Source: a bacterium (GTDB taxonomy: Bacteria; Desulfobacterota; Binatia; DP-6). From it: a stretch of 64,000 nucleotides of DNA. Below, piece by piece: positions 21,566 to 29,974 of the stretch; positions within the stretch are counted from its first letter, which is position 1; every line of letters begins with the position of its first letter. The position numbers and the translations under genes are program-made. The notes under the pieces were generated by a model, which did not search any database, was not told where the DNA came from, and worked only from the letters and a program-made list of their open reading frames with translations. The stretch spans positions 277,237-341,236 of the forward strand of contig JAHCID010000001.1 of NCBI GenBank assembly GCA_026129405.1, in the 5' to 3' direction.

Positions 21566-21997
21566 ATGACGACGAGGACGCTGCGACGGGTGACCCTGGT
21601 GGCCGTGGCGCTGTGTGTGCTGGCGGCCTGTGCACCGCGCCGTCGGGAGCTCGCACAGCCGGCCGGGATCATCACCGTGCCCACGATCGTCCAGTGGGCA
21701 CTCGCCGGCACCAACCCGAGCGACATCTACGGCGAGATCGAGCGCTCGGGCACCGTCTACCGCCTCACCCCCGCGCAGTCGACGAGCATGTCCGAGGCCG
21801 GCGTGCCGAACGCGCTGCTGAGCCGCCTCCAGCTGGTCTACGAGAACGCGCTCGCGAAGAACCCGTCGCTCGCCACCGACGACTCGAAGTGGCGCAAGAT
21901 CGGCGACTACTGGTACGGCGGCACCCCCGTCGGCTGGCCGCGCGACTGGGTCATGGGCGCGCCGCCGATCGGCGAAGCGCTGCGCCAGATGAAGTAG
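21566..21997 (+). CDS. Hypothetical lipoprotein
   Basis: RBS GAAGGGGGA then ATG at 21566, lipobox VLAAC. I recognise no family. Confidence 0.55.
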   Translation: MTTRTLRRVTLVAVALCVLAACAPRRRELAQPAGIITVPTIVQWALAGTNPSDIYGEIERSGTVYRLTPAQSTSMSEAGVPNALLSRLQLVYENALAKNPSLATDDSKWRKIGDYWYGGTPVGWPRDWVMGAPPIGEALRQMK

Positions 21998-23458
21998 TCA
22001 GCCGCGGTACGGCTCGGAGACCGCGACCTTCACGAGCGTCCCGGCCGGCAGCCGCTCGCCGGGATCGCGGCCGTTGCGGGCCGCGGCGTCGGCGCCCTTC
22101 CAGACGCTCTTCGCGCGCGCGCTCACCTGCGCCACGGTCTCGCCGGCGCGCGCCGGGACGAGCCGCAGCCGCGTCACCCGGATGCCGGCGCGCTCCGCCG
22201 GCGTCAGCGCGCGAAACGAACCCGCGGTGCGCTCGAAGTCGCCGCGCGTGGCCGCGTAGTCGCGTCGGGTGGCGGCGCCCGCCACCTGGTAGATGGCGCC
22301 GCGGAACGCGATCAGCGTGATGTCGATCACGACCTGGGTGCCGTCCTCCGCCTGCGTCAGCCCGACCACGTGCAGGGCCGGCAACCCGTCGATCGTGGTG
22401 CGCGTGATGCCGCCGGGCGTGCCGACCTGGGCGCGGACGCCCGGCTCGAGCGCCGCGGCGGGATCGTCGCCCTGTCCCGCACCGGCGAGCACGAGCGCCG
22501 CCTGCGTGCCCCGCGGCGGACGGGCGCCGATGCTCGTCGGGGCGTTCTCCAGCTCCCAGCCCTGCGGGAAGGTGAGGGCGAAGCCCAGCAGCGGGTGCAG
22601 GACGCGGCTGCCGTCGATCACGCCCTGGGCCGGATCGTCCCCGATCACGAGCCCGTCGAGCCGGCGCAGGAAATCGGCCGGCGTCGCCGCGACCGGATCC
22701 GGCGCGGCGCGCGTGAGTCGCGTCGCCTCGGCGGCGGCCTCCTGCTCGCGGCGCGGCAGGGGCGGATGGGTGGTGAACCAGTCGGGACGACGGTCGTCGC
22801 CGCGCCGCTCGTCGTCCTGCGTGAGCGCCGCGAGCGCACGCACGAGCGCCGCGGGGTCGTAGCCGGCGTCCGCCGCCATCGCCGCACCGACGCGGTCGGC
22901 CTCGAGCTCCTGGGCGCGGCCGTAGGGCGCCAGCATGGCTTCGTTGGCCGCGAGCCCCGCCCCGGCGACGAGGTTGCCGAGCTGCGGGCTCACGAGACCC
23001 GTGACCGCGGCCCCAAGGCCGGTGACGACCCCGAGCGGCGCAGCACGCGACACCCGCTGCACCGCGTGCTTGGCCGCGATGTGCGCGATCTCGTGCCCGA
23101 GGACGCCGGCCAGCTCGTCCTCGCTCTCGAGCAACGCCAGCATGCCGCGCGACACGTAGACGGTGCCGCCCGGCAGCGCGAAGGCGTTGGGCTCGTCGCT
23201 GTCGACGATCTGGAAGACGTAGGTGACGTCACGCCGCGGCGAGCGCGCCGCGACCCGCGCCCCGACCTGCGCGACGTACGCGGTCAACTGCGGGTCGCGG
23301 ACGATGCCCATCGACTCCGCGACGATCTGCGCCTGCTCCTGCCCGATCTCCTTCTCGCGCGACGCCGAGATGAGCGTCACCTCGGGCCGCCGCGTGACGG
23401 GGTTGACGGCGCACGCGACGGCGGACGCCAGGACGAAGAGGAAGAGGAGCGCGCGCAT
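21998..23458 (-). CDS. M48-family zinc metallopeptidase (BepA/YfgC-like) lipoprotein with a LysM-like C-terminus
   Basis: Lipobox SAVAC. ..NAFALPGG.VYV..G.L......ELAGVLGHEIAHI..H.. (HExxH), then ..E.EAD..G. The tail ..AGETVAQVSAR......NG.DPGERLPAGTLVKV is LysM-like. Confidence 0.85.
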   Translation of the reverse strand: MRALLFLFVLASAVACAVNPVTRRPEVTLISASREKEIGQEQAQIVAESMGIVRDPQLTAYVAQVGARVAARSPRRDVTYVFQIVDSDEPNAFALPGGTVYVSRGMLALLESEDELAGVLGHEIAHIAAKHAVQRVSRAAPLGVVTGLGAAVTGLVSPQLGNLVAGAGLAANEAMLAPYGRAQELEADRVGAAMAADAGYDPAALVRALAALTQDDERRGDDRRPDWFTTHPPLPRREQEAAAEATRLTRAAPDPVAATPADFLRRLDGLVIGDDPAQGVIDGSRVLHPLLGFALTFPQGWELENAPTSIGARPPRGTQAALVLAGAGQGDDPAAALEPGVRAQVGTPGGITRTTIDGLPALHVVGLTQAEDGTQVVIDITLIAFRGAIYQVAGAATRRDYAATRGDFERTAGSFRALTPAERAGIRVTRLRLVPARAGETVAQVSARAKSVWKGADAAARNGRDPGERLPAGTLVKVAVSEPYRG

Positions 23459-23506
23459 CGCCGTCGAAGGTGCCGCGCCGATCCGATCACGGCAATGCGG
23501 GCGGCG

Positions 23507-23797
23507 TCAGGCGCGACGGTAGCGTCGCTCGAGATAGGCGACCGGACTGGGCGGACGACGCTCCGCCGGCGGCGCGTCGGTGATCCGCAGGGCGCGCCGC
23601 ACGGCGCTCGGATCGAGCCGCACGTGCATGCAGATCGCCTCGAACGTGAATGGCCACCAGCGAGGCCCGCCGCGGAACCATCCTTCGATCTCCGCCAGCG
23701 TCGGGTCGCGCCGGCTGCGAACCGCACGCCGCGCCCGCTCGAGATCCGCCAGCGCCTGATCGAGGACCGCCCAGGCGAGGCGCAAAGACGGCGTCAT
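23507..23797 (-). CDS. Hypothetical small protein, paralog A (family not recognised)
   Basis: 96 aa from the ATG at 23797. It shares the motif A.AVL.QAL.DL...WF....WPF.F...C....LDP...RR.L.IT with the divergent ORF at 24064-24525. Confidence 0.5.
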   Translation of the reverse strand: MTPSLRLAWAVLDQALADLERARRAVRSRRDPTLAEIEGWFRGGPRWWPFTFEAICMHVRLDPSAVRRALRITDAPPAERRPPSPVAYLERRYRRA

Positions 23798-24063
23798 CGG
23801 CTGCTTCGCGAACGACAGGGTCGGTGCCGGCGCGCCGCCCCATTCCCAGGGCGCCCCGCCGTCACGCGCCCCACCCGGGAGTCCGGCGAAGGCCCTCGGC
23901 CTCGCTACCGCTTCGGTTCGCACGCCTGCACCTCGTAGCAGCCGTCGGTCGCGGCACGGTGAAGGCCAGGTGACGATCCGCGCAGCGCGAGGTGCGGAGC
24001 GCGATCGAGCAGCGGTCACGCGCGCTTCACCCGCCCGGTACACAGCGACGCTATGGCCCTCGC

Positions 24064-24525
24064 ATGCAGGAGGCAGCGTCGACCCCGGCGGCCGCAACCG
24101 AGGCCAGGGCACCAGAGGCACCCGACCCGATCGCCCGTCTGCTGGAAGCGCGCCATGCCGAGCCCGCCCGCCGGCTCGCGGCCGCCGTCGTCCTTCAAGC
24201 GCTCGACGACCTCGCCCTCGGTCGCCGGCGCGGCACGACGCGCCTCGCCGAGCCGCGCGCGATCCGGCAGCACGGCGTCGTGCGGCGGGCCGCAGCATGG
24301 TTCGCGTCCGACGCGCGCGACTGGCCCTTCGCCTTCGTCTCCCTCTGCGATGCGCTCGAGCTGGATCCGGTGCGCATCCGTCGTCTCCTCGGCATCACGC
24401 CGCTGCGCGAGGGGGGCACGCGTTGGAGCTCGCCGCCGGAGGGCGGCCGGCCGGGGACGGCCGCGCCCGTGGCACAGGGCCGGGCCCGCCGCGGCGCACT
24501 GCACGTCGTGCTGCGTGACCGCTGA
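24064..24525 (+). CDS. Hypothetical small protein, paralog B (family not recognised)
   Basis: 153 aa from the ATG at 24064 (alternative start 23992). It has the same motif as paralog A and is followed 4 nt later by a GNRA-loop hairpin. Confidence 0.5.
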   Translation: MQEAASTPAAATEARAPEAPDPIARLLEARHAEPARRLAAAVVLQALDDLALGRRRGTTRLAEPRAIRQHGVVRRAAAWFASDARDWPFAFVSLCDALELDPVRIRRLLGITPLREGGTRWSSPPEGGRPGTAAPVAQGRARRGALHVVLRDR

Positions 24526-24528
24526 TTG

Positions 24529-24548
24529 CACCTCGCGCGAGCGAGGTG
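24529..24548 (+). terminator. 8-bp stem with GCGA tetraloop hairpin after paralog B
   Basis: CACCTCGC-GCGA-GCGAGGTG, read directly from the sequence. There is no U-tract. Confidence 0.35.
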
Positions 24549-24802
24549 GGGGGCGCAGGGGCCGGCTACAGGTTCCTCCGGGGTCTCAAGCGGGGCGATT
24601 TGGCGACTTGGTATGCGTGCCGGCCCCTGCGCCACGAGCTTCCTAGCAGCTCCCGCGCGCGGCCGGGGTGACCGCTCGGTGACGAGTGCAAGGCAGGCGC
24701 GCGACGGTGAAGCTTCCATTACCCGGCCACGGTTCCTTGACCGCTGTCGCAGCGGCGTGGTCGTCCAGCCTGCGACACGTCCGCCACCCGCGAGGTCTCC
24801 AC

Positions 24803-27022
24803 ATGTCGCTCCACGTCCGCCCGCTCACGCTCGGCATCGCCCTGCTGGTGCTCCTCGTCGCCCTCCCGGCCGCGGCCGCCGATCGGCTCCTCGAAGGCAC
24901 GACCCTGCGCCTGAGACAGCGACCCGCCGGCTCGCTGCACCTCCGCTCGCACGACGCGACGATCGCGCCTCCGACCGCGCCCCCCGGTGACGGCGAGCTG
25001 TGGATCGCGACGGGGGCCGGGGTGGATCTCGCCATACCGCTGCCGGCGTCGGGCTGGCGACCGGTACGCACCGGCGGCTACCGCTTCCGCAGCCGTGCGC
25101 TGCGGTCGCTCCTCCTGGCGCCGGGACGCCTGCGCATCGTCGGCAAGGGCGTCAGGCTCGACCTCGCCGCGTCGCCGAAGCCGGTCGACGTCGTGCTGCG
25201 GCTCGGTGACGAGCGCTTCTGCTTTCGCTTCGGCGGCCGCACCGTACACCGGCCCGGCGTGCGCTTCCGCGCCGATGCAGCGCCGGCACCCGCGTCCTGC
25301 GGCGCGTTCGGGGTCGACGCGGGTCCCGATCGGAGCGCCACGGCCTGCGAGACGGTGACGCTCGCCGCCAGCGTCGGGGGAGACGTCGCGAGCCTGCGCT
25401 GGGAAGCCGTCACCACGGTTCCGCCGGTCGCGCTCACGGCCAGCGGCGCGACCGCGGTGGTGCAGGCGCCGGCGGTCGCGGTCCCAACCGACGTGCACGT
25501 GCGCGTCGTCGCGATCGACCGCAACGGCAACGAGGCCGCCGACGAGGTGACGCTCACCGTCCAGCCCGCCCCTCGCGAGGCAGGCCTCGCGAACGGCATG
25601 GCCCCCGACTGCGCCCCCTTTCGCCATGGCGTCGCCTCGGGAGACCCGCGTGCCGACGGGGTCGTTCTCTGGACGCGACTCACGCCCGGGAGCGGCGCTC
25701 AGCGAGCCTCCGCCACCTGGGAGATGGCCGCCGACGCGGCGTTCGCGACGCCGGTCGCCGGCGGCGTGGTCGAGACCGACGCCGATCGGGATTTCACCGT
25801 GAAGGTGGACGTCGGCGGGCTCGCCGCCGCCACCACGTACTGGTACCGGTTCCGCGACGCCCAGGGCCGCGTCTCGGCGCCGGGCCGCACCCGCACGGCG
25901 CCGCTCGCGGCCGGCGAGCGGCTGCGCTTCGCCGTCGCCTCGTGCAGCAGCATCTACTCCGGCTACTTCAACGCGTACCGGCGCATCGCCGAGCGTACGG
26001 ATCTCGACCTCGTCATCCACCTCGGCGACTACCTCTACGACTTCGTCGACCCGGACGAGCAGGTGCGGGTGCCGACGCCGTTCCCCGCGCAGCCCGCAGA
26101 CCTCGCCGAGTGGCGTGCCCGGCACGCCTACTACCTCTTCGATCCCGACCTCCGCTGGGCACGGGCCAGGCATCCCTGGGCGGTCGTCTGGGACAATCAC
26201 GACGTCGAGTACGCCCGCCCGCCCGACTACGAGGGCTCGGTCCAGGCGTTCCGCGAGTGGATCCCCCTGCGCGACGTCCCGCCCGCTCGCCCCGAGACGA
26301 TCTACCGGACCCTCGCGTTCGGACCGCTCGCGGACGTCCTGCTGCTCGACACCCTGCTCCACCGCAACCAGGAGCTGGTGCCGGGTACGCTCGAGCCGAG
26401 CATCCTCGGCAGCACGCAGTTCGACTGGCTTGCGGCCGAGGTGCGCCGCTCCACCGCGGCGTGGCGCATCCTCGGAAGCCAGAAGCTGGTCGCGACCGCG
26501 CGCGTGAATCCGGACTTCACCGAGATATTCGACGGCGAGCGCCGCGACGTGTTCGACCGCGGCAGCTGGGACGGCTTCCCCGCCGACCGCACGCGCGTGT
26601 TCGCCCTGCTCGGCGAGCAGGGCGACGACAACGTGGCCGTGAGCGGCGACTCCCACATCTCGATCGCCGGCGATCTCGTCGACGACCCCGCCAACCCCGA
26701 CCATCCGTACGATCCGACGACGAGCAACGCCTCGGTCGGCGTCGAGCTGCTGCCGACGAGCATCTCGCGCGGCAACTTCGACGAGGCTCTCGGCGCGGCG
26801 GCGCCGCCCGAGGTGTATGCATTCGTCATCGGCGACACGCTGCCGCGCAACCCGCATGCGCGCTACCTGGAGATCACCCGTCACGGCTACGGCATCCTCG
26901 ACATCACGGCGGAGCGGGTGATCGGCGAGATCTGGTACTCGCCGATCCTCACCCGGGCCGACGACGAGGAGCTCGGGGTCCGCCTCACCATCCGCCGCGG
27001 CACGGGCAGATGGGAGCGGTGA
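24803..27022 (+). CDS. phoD: PhoD-family alkaline phosphatase/phosphodiesterase with an N-terminal extra module and a PKD/Ig-like segment
   Basis: Signal peptide MSLHVRPLTLGIALLVLLVALPAAAAD. PhoD N-domain FRHGVASGDPRADGVVLWTRL. Metallophosphatase motifs RFAVASCS.., DLVIHLGDYLYD and VWDNHD. Confidence 0.85.
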   Translation: MSLHVRPLTLGIALLVLLVALPAAAADRLLEGTTLRLRQRPAGSLHLRSHDATIAPPTAPPGDGELWIATGAGVDLAIPLPASGWRPVRTGGYRFRSRALRSLLLAPGRLRIVGKGVRLDLAASPKPVDVVLRLGDERFCFRFGGRTVHRPGVRFRADAAPAPASCGAFGVDAGPDRSATACETVTLAASVGGDVASLRWEAVTTVPPVALTASGATAVVQAPAVAVPTDVHVRVVAIDRNGNEAADEVTLTVQPAPREAGLANGMAPDCAPFRHGVASGDPRADGVVLWTRLTPGSGAQRASATWEMAADAAFATPVAGGVVETDADRDFTVKVDVGGLAAATTYWYRFRDAQGRVSAPGRTRTAPLAAGERLRFAVASCSSIYSGYFNAYRRIAERTDLDLVIHLGDYLYDFVDPDEQVRVPTPFPAQPADLAEWRARHAYYLFDPDLRWARARHPWAVVWDNHDVEYARPPDYEGSVQAFREWIPLRDVPPARPETIYRTLAFGPLADVLLLDTLLHRNQELVPGTLEPSILGSTQFDWLAAEVRRSTAAWRILGSQKLVATARVNPDFTEIFDGERRDVFDRGSWDGFPADRTRVFALLGEQGDDNVAVSGDSHISIAGDLVDDPANPDHPYDPTTSNASVGVELLPTSISRGNFDEALGAAAPPEVYAFVIGDTLPRNPHARYLEITRHGYGILDITAERVIGEIWYSPILTRADDEELGVRLTIRRGTGRWER

Positions 27023-27026
27023 GACA

Positions 27027-28168
27027 CTAGCCTCCCGAGGCCGCGGCGATCGTGCGCACGACCTGGGCGACCGTGCGCTCGAGGTCGGCCGGGCCTTCGA
27101 GCAGGCTCGCGTCGACCGACCGCGGCTCGGCGCCGATCCCGAAGGCGGCGACGAGCCCGCGGTCGAGCAGCGCCTCCCACCCCTTCGCCAACGCGCCGGC
27201 GAAGGCGATCGCCGGCACGCCGGCCCGTTTCGCGCGCGCGACGACGCCCGCGATCGTCTTGCCGCCCGCCGTCTGGGCGTCGAGCCGCCCCTCGCCGGTG
27301 AACACCCACGCCGCGCCGCGCAGGTGCTCGTCGAAGCGCAGCGTGTCGAGCACCAGGTCGACGCCGCGCTCCAGCTCGGCGCCGCAGGCGAGCAGGCCCG
27401 CGCCGAGCCCGCCCGCCGCGCCGCTGCCGGCTACCGTCGCGACGTCGCGACCGATCGCCCGTGCGAGCACGGCACCGTAGCGCGCCAGCGCGGCGTCGAG
27501 GCGCTCGACCGCCGCGGGGTCCGCGCCCTTCTGCGGCCCGAACACGCGGCTCGCGCCGTGAGGCCCGCAGAGCGGATTGTCGACGTCGCAGGCGACGCGC
27601 AGCCGCACGCCGGCGAGGCGCGGATCGAGCCCGGACAGATCGACGCGCGCGAGCCGCGCGAGGGCGGCGCCGCCCGGCGGCAGCGGACGGTCCTCGGCGT
27701 CGAGCAGCCGCGCGCCGAGCGCCGCGAGCAGACCGGCGCCGCCGTCGTTCGTCGCGCTGCCGCCGATGGCGACGACCAGCGTGCGCGCGCCGCCGTCGAG
27801 CGCGGCGCGCACGAGCTCGCCGGTGCCCAGCGTCGTCGTGCGCTCGGGATCGCGCTCGGCGGCCGTCAGGCGGGCGAGGCCGCTCGCCTCGGCCATCTCG
27901 ACCACGGCGGTGACGCCGTCGCCGAGGACGCCGATGCGCGCGTACGACGGCCGCCCGAGCGGATCCACGCACTGCACCCGTCGCACGCGCCCGCCGGTCG
28001 CGTCGACCAGCGCGTCGAGCGTCCCTCGCCGGTCAATCGGCAGCGCGACGCTGGCGGCGCCGAGGCTGCGCGCGCTGGACGCCGCGCGCCATACGTCGCG
28101 GCCGCGCGCGCCGTCATGCTGCCGCGGAACTTGTCGGGCGCCAGCAGGATGCGCATGTCGCGGCTCAT
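27027..28168 (-). pseudogene. Glycerate kinase, frameshifted near the 5' end
   Basis: The N-terminus MSRDMRILLAPDKFRGSMTARAA reads in one frame from the ATG at 28168 (ATGA overlap with the AKR stop). The rest (..RDVWRAASSA..LPIDRRGTLDALVDATGG..GGSATNDGGAG..) reads in the -1 frame down to 27027. The total length of 1142 nt is not a multiple of 3. Confidence 0.7.
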
Positions 28169-29175
28169 CCGGGCCGGCCGGGACCGTCGCCGGCTTCGCT
28201 GCGCGCGATCGCGGCCGCGATCGCGTCGAGGTCCGCGGCGTCGAGCCGCAGCGACGCCGCCGCGACCCAGCCGTCGACCTGCGCCGGGGTGCGCGCCCCG
28301 ACGATCGCGCCCGTCACCTGCGGCCAGGCGAGCGTCCAGGCCACCGCCACCGCGGCGACCGTCGTGGCGTGCCGCGCGGCGACGGGACGGAGCGCGTCGC
28401 GCAGCGCGAGGTTCCGCGCCAGCGCCGGCGCGCGGAAGTTGACGTTGCGCCGCCGCCAGTCGTCGTTGGCCATGGCGGCGAGCCGCTCGGGGCCGAAGCC
28501 GTCGGTGAGGAGCCCCGCCTGCATCGGGCTGTAGACGAGGACGCCGGTGCCGTGCGCCGCGCACCACGGCAGGAGCTCGGCCGCGGCCTCGCGACGGATC
28601 AGCGAGAACGGCGGCTGGAGCGAGTCGACGTGACGGATCCGCGCGCAGCGCTCGAGCAGCGGGACGTCGAAGTTGGAGACGCCGACGTGACGCACCTTGC
28701 CGGCGGCGACCAGCCGCGCCATCTCGCCCCACGAGTCCTCGACGGGCACGCCGGACGCGTCGGGCCAGTGGAACTGGTAGAGGTCGATGCGCTCGACGCC
28801 GAGCCGGCGCAGCGACGCGTCGCACTCGGCGCGGATCGACTCGGGCCGCAGCGAGCGCACCGGCGCGTCGTACGGCTTCGCCGGATCGCCGACGAGTCCG
28901 CACTTCGTGAACACGAGCGGGCGCTCGGCGACCGGGATCTCGCGCAGCGCGCGCCCGAGAACCTCCTCGGAGTGCCCGAGCCCGTAGGCGGCGGCGGTGT
29001 CGACCCAGCCGACGCCGCGCGCGACCGCGTGGCGGATCGCGGCAACCGACTCGGCGTCGTCCTGCGGACCCCAGCCGAACGCCCAGCCGCCGCCGCCCGC
29101 CGCCCAGGAGCCGAAGCCGAGCGTGCTGATCGCGGGACCGTCGGTGCCGAGCGGACGCAGGGGAAGGGCGGACAT
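28165..29175 (-). CDS. Aldo/keto reductase
   Basis: ..LGFGSW...GGW..G..D..ES...I..A...G....DTA..YG.G.SE..,..IDLYQ.HWPD..,..VGVSNF... 336 aa. Confidence 0.9.
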   Translation of the reverse strand: MSALPLRPLGTDGPAISTLGFGSWAAGGGGWAFGWGPQDDAESVAAIRHAVARGVGWVDTAAAYGLGHSEEVLGRALREIPVAERPLVFTKCGLVGDPAKPYDAPVRSLRPESIRAECDASLRRLGVERIDLYQFHWPDASGVPVEDSWGEMARLVAAGKVRHVGVSNFDVPLLERCARIRHVDSLQPPFSLIRREAAAELLPWCAAHGTGVLVYSPMQAGLLTDGFGPERLAAMANDDWRRRNVNFRAPALARNLALRDALRPVAARHATTVAAVAVAWTLAWPQVTGAIVGARTPAQVDGWVAAASLRLDAADLDAIAAAIARSEAGDGPGRPG

Positions 29176-29272
29176 GCGTTCGGGTTACCCAGGTCCGGGC
29201 ACCGAGGAAAGCCCACCACGGCCGCGTCGCACGTCGTCCGGCCGTCGGCTATCCTCGGCCGACACGTCGCGC

Positions 29273-29974
29273 ATGCGCATCCTGGTCGTCGAAGACGAGC
29301 GCAAGGTGGCGAGCTTCCTCCAGCGGGGGCTCGAGGCCGAGGGCTACTCGGTGGAGGTCGCCCACGACGGCGACGCCGGCCTCGCGCGCGCGCTGAGCGA
29401 GCCCTTCGACCTGCTGCTCCTCGACGTCATGCTGCCGGGCCGCGACGGCATGGCCGTGCTGCGCGAGCTGCGGCGCGAGAGCCGCACCGTGCCCGTCCTC
29501 CTGCTGACGGCGCGCAGCGCCACCGAGGACAAGGTCGCCGGCCTCGACCTCGGCGCCGACGACTACCTGACCAAGCCGTTCGATTGGACCGAGCTGCTCG
29601 CGCGCGTGCGCGCGCTGCTCCGCCGCGGCGTGCCCGGCACGCCGCTCGTCCTCGTGCTGGCCGACCTCTCGCTCGACCCGGCCACCCGCCGCGTGACCCG
29701 CGCCGGCCAGGCGATCGAGCTGACGCCGCGCGAGTTCGCGCTGCTCGATTTCTTCCTGCGCAACCCGGGCCGCGTGCTCTCGCGCGCCGTCATCGCCCAG
29801 CACGTGTGGGGCATCAGCTTCGACACCTTCACGAACGTCATCGACGTCTACGTCAACTACCTGCGCCGCAAGATCGACGACGGCCATGCGGTGAAGCTGC
29901 TGCACACCGTCCGCGGGGTGGGCTACGTGCTGAGGGATGCGAGCCGGGAAGCGCCGGCACGAGGCGCCGATTGA
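29273..29974 (+). CDS. OmpR-family response regulator
   Basis: MRILVVEDE..LLLDVMLPG.DG..,..GADDYLTKPF.., with a winged-helix tail ..LTPREFALLDFFLRNPGRVLSR..HTVRGVGYVLR. Confidence 0.9.
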   Translation: MRILVVEDERKVASFLQRGLEAEGYSVEVAHDGDAGLARALSEPFDLLLLDVMLPGRDGMAVLRELRRESRTVPVLLLTARSATEDKVAGLDLGADDYLTKPFDWTELLARVRALLRRGVPGTPLVLVLADLSLDPATRRVTRAGQAIELTPREFALLDFFLRNPGRVLSRAVIAQHVWGISFDTFTNVIDVYVNYLRRKIDDGHAVKLLHTVRGVGYVLRDASREAPARGAD

